Source: Lama glama (lineage: Eukaryota). Taken from it: 64,000 nucleotides of DNA. The DNA lies in the NCBI GenBank assembly GCA_028534125.1, contig CM052828.1, forward strand, positions 39,804,001 to 39,868,000. Reading direction: 5' to 3'. The notes under the pieces are model-generated. The model had not been told where the DNA came from, did not search any database, and worked only from the letters and a program-made list of their open reading frames with translations. Made by a program: the position numbers and the translations under genes. Below are positions 11,256-23,935 of the stretch, piece by piece. Within the stretch, counting starts at the first letter, position 1. Each line of letters starts with the position of its first letter.

Positions 11256-13542
11256 GGTTTCTCTTTGGATCGCATAAATCTTTCAACTTTTACTTGTATG
11301 ACTCTTAAGTCCATGTGCTCTAACTCTTATTACCATTCCAGTTTTATTGGCTCCCATCATTTTATCCAACCCATTCCTCACCTGAGCATCATGTAAGCAA
11401 TGTACCTAGAATCTCAGTACCCTCCACTCATGTGTGTACTCCTTCTTTCTACACAGTAATTGAGCATTGTCTCAGGACCAAGTTACAGTTTCAACCACCC
11501 ACCAGGGGCACCACAATAAGTGATGCAGACCCCATCTCACTTTGCTGGAGAGGATGATCTTACGATGGGGGTACACTGGAGTGGAGGGCAGTGAGGGGCT
11601 GGGTTGGGAAGACTTGCAAGAAGAGACATTTAAGCTGTGATCTAAATATGGAATCAATATCCTTAACTCCTATCTCCCCTCGTTTAAAAAATGAAGACAT
11701 CAGAGTGGTCTCTGACCCAAGATCCCTTGGCTCTTGTATCTGGCTAGAATCTTTGTGCTTTGTTGGCTCTGTATTTGAACTTAAATTTTTGTATGAGTGT
11801 GCATCCTGCAAAGTGACAGAAACATAACCTCAGTTCATTCAGACTGTGTCCCTTTCATCCCCCACCACCGCTCCATCTGCATCTTAGCCCTACCCTCCAC
11901 CCCCACATTACTCTTCACCCCTTTCTTTCCCTAGAGCTATGTAAGTTCTAGGAGTGATGCTATCATGCTTGGGACTGTAAGACAAACACCAGTGAGAGGT
12001 GGCTGGCCCTTGATGTCATTAACTAGTACCTGTGCTGGTGTCCACACACCTGTTTGCCTACATGTGGCAGGCTGACCTTCTGTTTTCACACTGTGCTGTG
12101 CGTGAAGAATTCTGGGGCCTCGAAGTCTGTTACCCAGGAACAGAGGCTGAAGTCTTGTCTAATCTCAGGTTCCCCAAACCTATTCTGGGGGTTCTAACAT
12201 CTCTTTCCCTCGGTGGGCTTGACGGGAAGTAGGGTAGACAGGATGAGACCCTACCCTCTAGTCTTTCTGTGGCTTCCCTCTAACTGGCTTACTTGTCTGA
12301 ATCCCAAGGGATTTGTCCTGTTCTTCTGATTGCAGACTGGCTAGCCATTGAAACAGGATTAAGATTAGGACTGATACAAACTTTCAGGGGAAAAATGTTT
12401 ATGAATATTTCAAACTATTATCAGCCCCTTTGGTGAACCACAGGGCCAATACCAGAACCCAGATGATTTAGGGTTATGTTTTCCTTCCACTGTGGATACT
12501 CCCTCTTAAACAGGAGAAACTACAAAAACTTGGGAATAAAGAGTCAGTGACATGTGCAGTAGGATGTGTAATTAAATTCACCAAGTCAGGGATGCTTTCC
12601 TAAAATAGTCATGTGGTAATCATAATGGAAGTGAGTCACATGTGTTCTCGTGGTCTCTCTGCAATGTGATTTCTCCTACACCTACCCTACCTACCCCCTC
12701 CACAAAAAAAAAAAAAAAAAGATTGGAACTGACAAAATAAGAGGTAATGATTCTCATGATTCTCTGTATCTATAAATACATCATAAATCACTGGCGTTTT
12801 ATTTTTAGAAGCTGTAAAACTAACTATAGAAATGGCTGAGCAAAAATTTTAACTCATTTAGGTTGTGGAATATTCAGAAAGGTACCCATTTTGGACCATA
12901 ATAATAGTAACTAGTAATCAACAAGTCTTAATAGCATGGTGTTGACTCTCTTCTACAGCTTTCCCTTGTAAGGGAAATTCAATATGTAATGTAGAAACAC
13001 ACATACATAGTGCTGAAATGACACACAATATACTTCAGATCAGCTACAATAATTCAGCTACAAGAGGCTGAGCCACATGGGCCTGAAACCTACTAGAATT
13101 GTCTTGTGTTCAGCCTTCGGATGAAACAAGGCTCACGCCTACCTATGAACACGTGGGAGTTGCCAGGGGTGGAAGAGCTGTTGTTGAAAAATGCGATCTC
13201 GCTGAAGTTTGTTTCATTGTGTTTTACTTTTGTTTTCCACTCCAAACTATTTTATTCCTCTTGGAATTCACTTTTCTTTTCCCACTGACTAAATATATAA
13301 ATATAAAATAGAGAGAGAAAGCTGTTACCACATTTTTCTGTCTAGTTTCTCTAGCCATGAATTTGTCCTTCATTGTTATCATTAGGCATTGTAATTTCCC
13401 TAATATTTTGTAAAGAGATTGTATTGTCTATTTCTCGCTGTGATTCGTGGGGCAAAACAGAAGGTTCATGTTTATGGCACACATAAGTAACTTTTCCCGT
13501 GATCAGACGCATGTGTGATAAGGAGCTGAACATAAATCACTT

Positions 13543-13610
13543 TTACTTCCCACTGTATCGCACACCGCCCGGCACCGCAGAAGTACACCAGCCCACTTTG
13601 TAAGGGTCTG
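13543..13610 (-). other. Candidate terminal exon (coding part), NAGNAG acceptor
   Basis: Pyrimidine tract of about 45 nt then cag|cag; phase-1 frame ADPYKVGWCTSAVPGGVRYSGK*; CpG-retaining; AATAAA at 13256-13251. Confidence 0.3.
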
Positions 13611-13962
13611 CTGACCAGAAGGAGGGAAAAGGAGCCAAAGAGAAAGGAAAAGAATGAAAACAAAATGGGAGTGGCACTACCCTTACCCACATGTACTGAG
13701 AAAATATCTGTTGTCTGAGCTTAAATTATCTGTGTTCCAAGTGAATTTTTTGCCATGCATCCCCTAGCCTGAACACCTTACCAATATTATCTTTTCAAAA
13801 CAGACTTTTGTACATACTTTTTCTAGATATAACTTATTCTTAAATTGAGAATATTTGCCTTAAAATAATTAACCAGTGACTATCTCTCTGAAAAAAAGAA
13901 TCCATATTGCTGACTTTTAGAAAGCCCAAATGGACTTTGCAGAATCTTGAGTAACTTATTGA

Positions 13963-14540
13963 CAGTTCTGGTTCCTACTGCTGTGTAACAAATTAACCCC
14001 AAATTTAGGAGCTTAAAATAAACATTTTATCATGCTAAGGGATTCTGTGAAGTCAATAATGCAGACAAGGCACCTTGGGAATGGCTTTTCTCAGCTCTTT
14101 GGTGTGGGTTCCCAACTAGAAGGTTCAGAGGTTGGGGGTGAACCCACAGCTGGGGGCATCTTCATTCACATGCTAGGTGGTCCACTCACATACGTGGCTG
14201 TGGGCTGGGGCCTCAGCTGGGTCTGTTGGTAGGAATACCTACACACGGCTTCCCCCTGTGGCCTGGGATTCCTCGTGGGATACAGGCCTCAGAGGATTCA
14301 CTATTACATGGTGGATCAGGGCTCCAGGAGTGAGAGTCTCAGCTACTGTAGCAGAGCTGCATTGTGTTTTAGGACTGAGCCTCAGAAATCACACAGTGTC
14401 ACTTGAATCACATGCTACTAGTTACAAGCAAATCACAAGCTTGCCCAGATCCAGGATCCCAGAAAAGGAGAATTTTATTCCATGTATTGATGGGGTAGTA
14501 ACAAGGTTCTAGAAATGCATGCAGGACAGGAAGTCATTGC
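13963..14540 (-). mobile_element. MaLR solo LTR, MLT1F/G/H type
   Basis: gttcctactgctgtgtaacaaattaaccccaaattta...ccactcacatacgtggctg...ggactgagcctcagaaatcacacagtgtcactt...gcccagatccagg. Confidence 0.75.
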
Positions 14541-15445
14541 ATCTATGCACCTGCCCACCCCGCCTGGCCCCAACACCAGCCTCCACCGCAGTGAGCACGC
14601 CTTTATGGGAGAACTTCCTGCCTCAGAAGTGCCCACCAATAGCCACATCCCCTGCAGCCGATGGTGGGCTCCAGTCTTTGGAAAATACAATTTTCCCCAT
14701 GGATTAAAAAAAAAAACAAAAACAAACAAACAAAAAACCCACTGAGATTAAATAACGGGGAAAAAGCATTTGAACCGTTATTCATCACGATATGTAACAA
14801 TTCCAGTTGACTTAGTTTTACACTATTCAGTTGGCATCTTAAAGATCCAGTAAAACATCCCTTTCCTTCTCTGTAAATTATTATTTTTTATTTGAAAATA
14901 GTTGCAAGTTGAATGCTGATGGGACATAATGTAATAAGGAAGTAGAAATTCCTAAGTGATGCTTCAGAATAGCCTGACTAAGAAAATGATGTGGTGGAAA
15001 TACAAACTGAAAAATAGATTTTAGGATTTTGTGTCCATGTCATTAAAAACGAGATTCAGGCTGCAGAGTCTGTAAGCAGGGCGGCTGTGAGAGATCCAAG
15101 GACAGCGAGGGCATCGAAAGTCACTTCCTAAGCCAAAGCTGGAAGATTTCAGTCTAAAGGAAATCACTAGATTTCTCAAGGTACAGAAATGTGTGTAAGT
15201 ATAGCTATAAGACAGAAGCATTGGAATACCGCAGGAGTGAAATAGTAAAAAAGTTCCCTAAAATATTAAAATATTATGTGTCCTCTGAGAGGAAGCCTGG
15301 CTCTGTGTAACTACTAATCTTTGCTAATTTTTTGTAATTGTTTGGTTTTCGGATATTATTTGGCACTGTAACATAACTGTTTAGTTCCCACTTTTGCTTT
15401 TTATAATTATATAACATTTAATGGGATAGTTTTAAAGGAAATTGA

Positions 15446-15535
15446 GGGGGGAGAGTAATAGCTCAGTGGTAGAGTGCATTCTTAACATGCCTGAGGTCCT
15501 AGGTTCAATCCCCAGTACCTCCATTAAAAAAAAAA
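15446..15535 (+). mobile_element. Camelid tRNA-derived SINE (Vic-1 type), short form
   Basis: A box tagctcagtgg, B box ggttcaatccc, ...cagtacctcca followed by A tail. Confidence 0.9.
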
Positions 15536-18500
15536 TATCAGTTGTGGAAAAAAACAGAGAAAAGTAAAAGACTTATTCTATACTTAAAACCATAACATAT
15601 TAGTAAATGTCTTAGAGCCAAAAGTCAGTTTATACCATGTCTTAGTACTATGCTGTCCTTCAAAGCAATCTACAACTTCAAGTTCTAAATATATAGAATT
15701 ACACTTCATATATTTTACAACTATATACAATTCATAAGCCTAGGCAAGGAGTTATAATTCCATTAGCTAAATATCCCTTCTTTGCTAAGTGAAGATTTCT
15801 CAGAAATCCATGCAGCATTTACAAGGCTTTTAACACCAAAAAGCCAAACCCTCGCTGGCCCACTAATACCCAGCACATATTATTTTCATGCACTTCCATT
15901 TGCGTGTGCAAATACCCATATTTGCTCATGGAAATTGCACAGGCAAGCAGATGATAATTTCGAAAAAGGACGACCTTATTCAGCATGCACCAATGCGTGA
16001 AGAAACCCGTATTTTCAGTGAATGAAGATGGCCAATCTGTGGGCAGTTCACAAAGAAAAAGAAAAATAAATGTTCTTGTGTTGATGGCGAGTGACTTGAT
16101 AAATAATGAGGATGCACTTAAAGGAGACTGCTAGAAGTTGACATTATTTCACAGTAATTTTACTCTCATTTTGCTTCTATAATCCACTGTCATTTTTCAG
16201 TGTGGAAAAAAAACAGGCTGAGTACAAAAATTAACTACTCTATTTCCTCCTCTTTAATTTCCAGTGTTGGTTTTGTTGGTTATTTTTGCTCTGTCTCTGC
16301 CTCCTGTGAATACATGGATGTGAATAACTCTCTTATTGGCTCAGTGGAAATCTATCTGGTCATGTGAAAATCAGCTTCTCTTGCTTTTATTATTTTAATT
16401 ACCTTTGTTAATTCTGCCTGCTTTTTTTCCCACCTCCTTCACCATCCACCCTCTTCCTCATCAAAATGGTGGCCTATTTTGCCACTGTAGCATTCAATAT
16501 GCTGTCTTCTTAAAGAGCAGGCTGGATGAACATGGGTTTGGAGATGAAACTATTGACGCATGTGCTGTTTTATAAGCCCAATAGCCCTGGCTTCTGCAAA
16601 GTCCCTCACCTCCCCATATTTCAGGGTGTCTCTAGTTGGTTCACAAATAAGTGTGGTTACCATCATGTGGCACCTGCTGGCGTCTCAGACATACCATTTC
16701 ATCTCTGCAGCACGCGGCTGCCCTGACGGTGTGTACATCTCCATCTGCCGAGCACCGTACCCACTGCACACCGCCACTCTCTATGGGCACCACCGTCCCC
16801 ACCCCTACCACAGCCTCCTACCCCTGCTAATACGTTCATTCTTTGTTAATTAAAAAAATGTTAAAAACCAATCTCCTGTCAAACTTGTTTTGTGGTTAAT
16901 AGGCTACAGTACAGCAGCTTAATGTCTAATTACTGTGTGTGAGCTACCTTCGCCTATGTCCTACTTAGCAAACACTTAAAAATTTAAGTGTCATTTGTGC
17001 AATATAATCTTTATTTCTTTTCACCTGAAGCATGTCCTGTACGGGTCAGAGGTGAACGAGAGTCTAAATGAGCAACAGCAGTGAGGCCAATGTCAGCTAG
17101 TTTGTGGAATCTGAGGTCCAGGACCAGATGCCCTTTTTTCGGCTTATTTTTCTTACACATATAGTGGGATTGCAGAGAATCATAGCTTTAATTTATCATA
17201 AAATTGATTATGATGAGGAGCTGTCTAATTTTTAGTTTGCTCTCTAAAAATCCACAAAACTATTTTCTATACTTTAACCAAACTACTTCCCTTGTATTCA
17301 TCAGAGTTGACAATAGACCTTCATAGAGCACTAAGATATAGTAGATGCTAACTTAATATCAAATGAATAAATGAATGGAAATTTCCTGTTTCCACGTCAA
17401 ACCATTTCTTCCTGAAATCTAGCCCAAATTCATTCAATCAAACCCCGTATCTTTTTCTTTCTCTTGAATGTTATTTTTGGTGCCTGAGTCATGTGTTAAT
17501 ATTGACTCTGAAAATAACATATAATGACTATCTTCATTATTTGTCTAGACAGTTTCTAAAGGAATATCTTCTCTTTATTATAATTTTTCCAAGAGCCCCC
17601 TCTCCAGGCCCTTTCATTGATCAGTCCTCTCAGTGCCGTCCAAAACTAGAAGACCAACCGCTATCTTATTTCTTCTCACATTTTGACGAAATCCTTGTTT
17701 GAAGACAACATACTGTATGTTTCCATTTATTCCCATAGTTTCGTATGTGTCAAAATTTCATGTTCAAAATATCGGATAATAGAGATTGTCTCGAAAGAAG
17801 GAATATAAAAAACTTGATTAAGCCATTTTATTAATCCACTTGGCACTCTCTGATCCTTTTATTTCTAAGTTAAAAAGGTCACACAAAATTTTTAAATTAG
17901 ATAATACTGCCATTTAAATCTTTATTCATCTACAAGTAGCATGAACCAAAATAATTAATTTTAGTTATTTTATTTTTTAATATTTATCATGTAAATTTGA
18001 TTGTCTCTCTTTCAAAGTAAACATGAAAATATCACACCTTTCTTCCCCCTAAGAATTCTCCATCAATCATTACAATCCCAGAAGAAAAATCATGTTTCTG
18101 ACTAGGAAGGGTTACTTTGCGGCCCACAATATTGCTTGCCTTACAGTTACTCAGCACTTCACTTAATCAGCTTAATATTTATTTAGAGTCAAAGACATCG
18201 CACCTAGTTTGCTAGTCACATAAAAAGAATCATTTCCAGCACAACCGATTTAGTATAAATTACGCTAAATTATTGTTGAAAGTAAGAAAAAAAAAGATGA
18301 AACAAGTCAGTGTCCACAAGCCCTAGCAATCGTCTCCTTCTCCCCACCCCCAAATGCACTTACACCCACACCCCTGTCTTGACCTGCAAGCTCATCACAC
18401 GCCCGCTGAAGCTCCTCCTTGAACTATGGATTAAAGAATTCCTGCTTTAATTCAGTGCAAAACTTGTGACAGGTGAACTATGTCAGAGACATGGAGGTTT

Positions 18501-18564
18501 CTAGAAACTTCTGCTCGGCTGAATTGGCTCATTCTTTGAACTAAACTTACTGAGTCATCACTAT

Positions 18565-18650
18565 GGACAAGATGCAGGGGATACAGCAGTGAACAAAATA
18601 ACCACCTGTTCTCACAGAGTTTACATTTAAATGAAAAGGATTAGGAAGAA
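18565..18650 (-). mobile_element. L2 fragment
   Basis: gatgcaggggatacagcagtgaacaaaataaccacctgttctcacagagtttacatttaa. Confidence 0.6.
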
Positions 18651-18849
18651 GATACCTAAGATAGTGATGCTTAAAGAATAAAACAAACAAACAAAAACCA
18701 TGGTAAGAAGTGTAGGTATCGTGATTGGCAAAGAAACAGACTAAATTTGATTGATCAAAATTATGGCATCCTTTATGGTGAAGGGGATAAGGATAAAACA
18801 TCTCTGAGGAGTATGTTCATAAACAATGTAGCATTTAGTGTGTAGATAG

Positions 18850-19040
18850 GCTTAGCATGCATATTGTAAAATGCATGGCTCTGCTAAGCATATGGAGTCT
18901 TAAATAAGCTTGCACCTAGGCAACCAACAGCCAGGTTAAGATCTAGAATGTCTCAGCACCCCAGAATTCTCCCTCTTGTTTCTTCCCAGTCAATGAACAA
19001 CCGCTTGCCCAAAGCTGATCACTGTTCTGCCTTCTGTCAG
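18850..19040 (-). mobile_element. Old L1 (L1ME-like) 3' fragment
   Basis: ccaggttaagatctagaatgtctcagcaccccagaattctccctc...cttcccagtcaat...gatcactgttctg. Confidence 0.45.
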
Positions 19041-21789
19041 ACAAAAAAGAAGAAAAAAACTTCTAGTGTGCCCAGTAAAAAGGAAGAGAACTTAATCCCA
19101 GAAAGGTCCGAAGATAAGAATAGGAGTTGCAACAAGATGACAGCATTAGGACAACGTCGGGGGAGATCTTTGCACGTTCTCCTCCCCCAGCCTAGACATC
19201 ACTCCCCCAAGAATAGCGCCAGCTAATTCCTACTCCCTCCAGAGCCAGCTGAGAGGTCCTCTCTAGGAATCTTTCCTGCCCCATCCAATGCAGGGAACTG
19301 CATGTACTCTGTGCTCCAGAGCTCCCTGCCGTGAGCTCCATCAAAGCCATGGTTGTATCATTTCTAATACTTTGTCTGGCTGGCTTCACATATGTCTCTT
19401 AAGGGTTGGAACCATACTCTATGTATTTTTGTATCCCCAGCTCCTAGCAGTCACATGTAAACTAACATGGATGTTCAATGTATTCTGTTTCAAAACTTCA
19501 TCAGTTGAAGGCAGAGCCCGAAAATTAATGTTTAAAATTAACGATTAAAAGCTTGCTCCTGGTTCTTATTCTTCCACCACTACTGGAAGACTAGAAAGTA
19601 CACACACTTTTTCTATTTCCTTCTCTTATTCGCTACAAACTAAATTTGATGATTTTGCTCACCAATGTACTTCCAGGGCCCATACTACCTCCTGGCACTT
19701 TATCTGTCCTTAGTAGATATTTGCTAAATGAATGAATGAAAGTCTCCCCTTACACAGGTGTTATAAGATCATGCATCCTTTGTCTCTCAACTCTGGTTTA
19801 CTGAAATTATAAGGGGATATAAACATCCAACTAACTGCTACTTAATAAGTTAAAAAGAATATCAAACTTGATGGAAGAAGAATTCTATGTGTTATTTATT
19901 TTGAGAATCTTCTTATGTCACTTCTTCCATTTTTTAGAGTCCCAGATAGCATGAGTAGGCAACTTTCACAGGGCCAAGCCAAGCATTCATACTTCCTTTT
20001 AGCTTTGGGAAGAATTTGGACTAACAGAAATATTCACTTTTTTTGACTTCCTGATTTAGTTGGTTGTCTCTGTCTCCCTTTCTCCTCATCTGTTCCCTTT
20101 CTTCTAAGGGTTTATTACCATTAGTTGACCCATTTCTATTTCTTTTAAGTACACAGTTCTAGTCCTTTCCTCATGACAAGGGCCAGCTCAGTGTGTATCT
20201 TAGTCTGACCCTGTTTCTCCTCCCCTCCTGCCCTCATCTCTCTACACCATACCCAGGTTCCAATCCATGCCTCCACAGAATTTCTGCTCCATTGGGGAAA
20301 ATGTCCCTAACTTCTTAGCAGTAAGATCCATCAACATCTTAGGTTTAATTAACATCTGCCCTCCTGATTCTCGTGCAGGTTTTTCTTCAAACACCTAAGA
20401 CCCCAGACTTGTGAGTCAAGAAGCAGATTCAGAGGTCTTGAGCTCAGTCTCAGATCTAGAAGTTCATTCTTCCCTTCTCCACCCCCGTGGAACCAGCAGA
20501 AGATTCATACAGTGGCTTTGTCTCCATTCTTGCTCACCCCCAATTTGTCCAGCACCTTGCTCCTGCTGTGACCCCAAATCTGACTTCTGGTCAAGATGAA
20601 ACAACATTCACACTTTGATGCATCCATTCCACACAGCACACGGCAATAACATAATGAAATATATAGAGATATATAATTTTTTAAGAATATTAAAAAAAGA
20701 CAGGAAAAAGGAGAGAGAATGGCCCTGTAGTAGGGGCTGTGGCAGACGGAACACAGGGACCCAGCTGCAGAGGCTGACAAGAACCTATCAAAGCCCCAAG
20801 GGCAATGAAATAGAATTTCATCAGAACATAATAGATGGAGAGAAAAAAAAAATCCACGCAGGTGGGAAGGCTATGATGCCATGTATCTCGAGTTCATATC
20901 TTCTGTCATAAATTTATTATAAAAAGAGAATATGCCATAATATCAGAAACAATAAGAGCCATTTTGAATGACCCAGTTCAGTTGTGGAAAACGAAGCCAT
21001 CAAAGTCGATTTTAGAATGATCCCTTCACATGTGCTATTAAATGCATTTATTTCATCTACAAGGTTTGCTGTACTAACAGCTCCATTGAGAAAGCCAAAT
21101 TCCCAAGTGCACCTGAAATTACATTGGAACTGCTGATGGCCGTGAACTTCCCAGACTGTTAAATAAAATACTATGTAATAAACTGCTAAATTTTTCTTAG
21201 CATTCGATTCTCATAGTTAAAAATGCCTTCATATTTGTTGTTGCTGGTATACAGTTGAGAGCCATAAAGTTCATTGAAAAGCAGATTATTCTTAGTGCTG
21301 AAACTTGGCCCAAGCATAAATGAGTTAAAGACATTGTCACAGAGTGAAAAATAAATAAATATGGCAATTTGTATGTGGTTATAGCTTATATTTTGTATGA
21401 GACCTTTAAAATTACTTTAGTAACCATAGAGCAAATCTTGAGAATTGTTTAAATGTGCAACTACATGTAAACACAGGAACTGCCTACTGACATGTTTTTA
21501 GTGTTTTTTGAACCCATTTTGAATGTACTGCAGTTATAACTTAACATTGTCCAAGTTATGCAAATATTTTAAGTATAAACACATCAACTTAGTTAACACA
21601 TTGACTCTGCTTGACACTCAAATACATAATAATTTCTTTTTTGTAAATGTCATTTGATGAAAATAAAAAGGCACAAGTCAAATTCACAAAAATGGTAAGA
21701 ATGCTGTTATCATTTCTTTTCAACATTTTTGCTAAACATTTTCAGCACCATGGAAAGCAGGTTAAGTAATTAATAACTCTTAGAAAAAA

Positions 21790-22410
21790 AGGACTAAAAT
21801 TTTCATTACTTTCAAATAGTATGATTGTGTATATAGAAAAATTAAAAGAATCTACAGAAAATTACTAAAATTAGGTATGAGTTATGAGATTCAAAATCTG
21901 ATTACAATTGTTGAAGCTGCGGTAAGAGACCTATGGAGGTTTATTACAAAATTCTACTTTTTGTATGTTTGAAAATCTCTATACAAAATTTTGAAAAAAA
22001 TGAAAAGGAAAGTCCCTGGATAAAGGTTAATAGACAATAATGAATTGAATGTGTATATACTTGAGATATAAAAATAAAAATGTGTAAATATTTTTAAATT
22101 TTATAATAACACCAAAATATGTCAAATATCTAGAAATAAATATGAGGACACAAAATTTCTAAGCAGAAAATATAAAATAATATAAAAAAATTTAAATATG
22201 ATGCCTATAGGATAATCCTTGCTCATGGATTGAAGAGTGAATATCATATTATATATTAGATGTCAGTTGAAATCCCCCCAAATTATCTATAGATTCAATG
22301 CAATTTCAATCTCTCAACAGCTTTGTGTGTGTGTGTGTGTGAAACTTGACAAGTTAATTCTAAAATCATTATTAAATTTATATTTGGAGATGCAAAAGGC
22401 CAAGATGAAT
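21790..22410 (+). mobile_element. Old L1 ORF2 (RT-region) remnant, disrupted
   Basis: atgattgtgtatatagaaaaattaaaagaatctacag (MIVYIE..KEST) and ccttgctcatggattg...aaattatctatagattcaatgcaat...cttgacaagttaattctaaaa (PCSWI...IYRFNAI...LDKLILK). Confidence 0.8.
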
Positions 22411-23329
22411 AAACTATTACATGACTATACTAATTGCCATTTTTCTTAAAAATATCAGTCAGATGAAAAGATACAGGTAAAGAGCTATTTATCTGCTGTG
22501 CAGCATATCTGACTCCCCTTCTCGCCCCAATGAAACTCTTCCTCCTAGTCAGTATCACTTGCTATCTTTGATTCTAAAAGCTATACTTGCTCACCTACAA
22601 GAAAGCATCTTCAGGTTTACTAGTGAAATGCAGAAACTCTGTTCTCTTAACTTCAGTCTGTGCATGATCCTGCTAGCAAGAATACTTAATGCTGATAAAC
22701 TCTAAGCAAACATACCATTTTTATTATCTCCTGCTGTAAACAAACAGAAAATTCAAACTCTTGAGGCTAGATTCCATCCCTGGATTCTTGACACCCTTTG
22801 AAATCAATGAGAGCTGTATGTGCATTTATAAAAGGAATTTAGCTTTTTAAAATAAGAGGGGATAGAAAGAATCTTAAAAAGAACTTCTTGAGCAAAATTG
22901 AAAGCAATACTTTGTTCAGTTAGTTATACTTTATCAGCAAAAAAACACTTATATAGATCATAAATTTGTTGGTCTGTTTTTATTATGATAAACAACTGGA
23001 AAACTGGAAATAGGAACAAAACAAAACACCGAGTTATGAGAAACACGATTACACTGGGAGAAAAGGTTGTGGTTTTGCAGTTATAAAGATCTAGTGACAA
23101 ATTACCAAATGTGAAATTACTAGCTCTGTGTTCATTAGCCATAATCCTAATGAACATATAGTCATTTAATGAGTACATTCTATGTGACAGGCATGAACTG
23201 AACACTTCACCAAAATTTATCAAGTCAAATATAATTGAAATCGATGTTTCTGATTGTTGCAGTACCTCTGTTACTGGCGGGTGTGTTCTTGCATTCCCCG
23301 CTCCTGGACTTCTTAGGTGTCAGTCATAG

Positions 23330-23453
23330 TACTATTAGTCTCACTTGATGACAACTGAGCCTTGGAGAGGTTCCAGTGCTCAAAGTAAAAGAGCACGTAG
23401 TGAAGTTGGGATTCAGATCCAAGCAGTTTGCCCCACCACCTGCGGTCTTAACC
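23330..23453 (-). mobile_element. MIR fragment
   Basis: gatgacaactgagccttggagaggtt...gttgggattcagatccaagcagtttg. Confidence 0.6.
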
Positions 23454-23765
23454 CAGAGTTTGAAAACTGCTGGCCCAAGTGCTAAATCTGACCGCAGCAT
23501 AGCCCATCATGTCTGAACAGTGTTTTTCAAAATTAAAATATTTCACTGAAAGTCTGGATTCCTAGTTTGTGAAAAGTTGGAAAGTCAAGCAACAGGGAGC
23601 TGACATTTGAATATAGCAGCAGGTGGCTGGGGGCGGGGGAGTAGCGGCTGCCTCTTTAGACACAACATGTGCTCATTGACCCTTGGGACTCCACACTCTA
23701 TGACACCCTCCTGCTTCATTCACTGACATCGCCTGCCAGGCTCCTGCAGGCATCAGCGACCAAAA
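23454..23765 (+). mobile_element. MER102-like hAT-Charlie element
   Basis: cagagtttgaaaactgctggcccaagtgctaaatctgaccgcag...gagtagcggctgcctctttagacacaacatgtgctc...ctgccaggctcctgcaggcat. Confidence 0.7.
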
Positions 23766-23789
23766 CTCAGTACACTCCCTGCAAGCAAC

Positions 23790-23935
23790 GTGTGTCTGAG
23801 TTTCATTGTCACGATCTTGTGAAATGGGAATATCAAGACTACTAAACACCATCATGAGGACTAAGTCCAACCATGTACATAAAGCATCAGGTAAACACTA
23901 GGCATTTAATAAACAGTAACAATTATCATCATTGT
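23790..23935 (+). mobile_element. MIR 3' part
   Basis: tctgagtttcattgtc...tgtgaaatgggaata...atgtacataaagcatc...ggcatttaataaacagtaacaattatcatc. Confidence 0.6.

Noticed and set aside
15446-15523. tRNA-Ala genes at the three SINE heads (also 57313 and 63334)
   Set aside because: Acceptor and anticodon stems are broken, and the heads are followed by SINE tails and TSDs; they are SINEs, not tRNA genes
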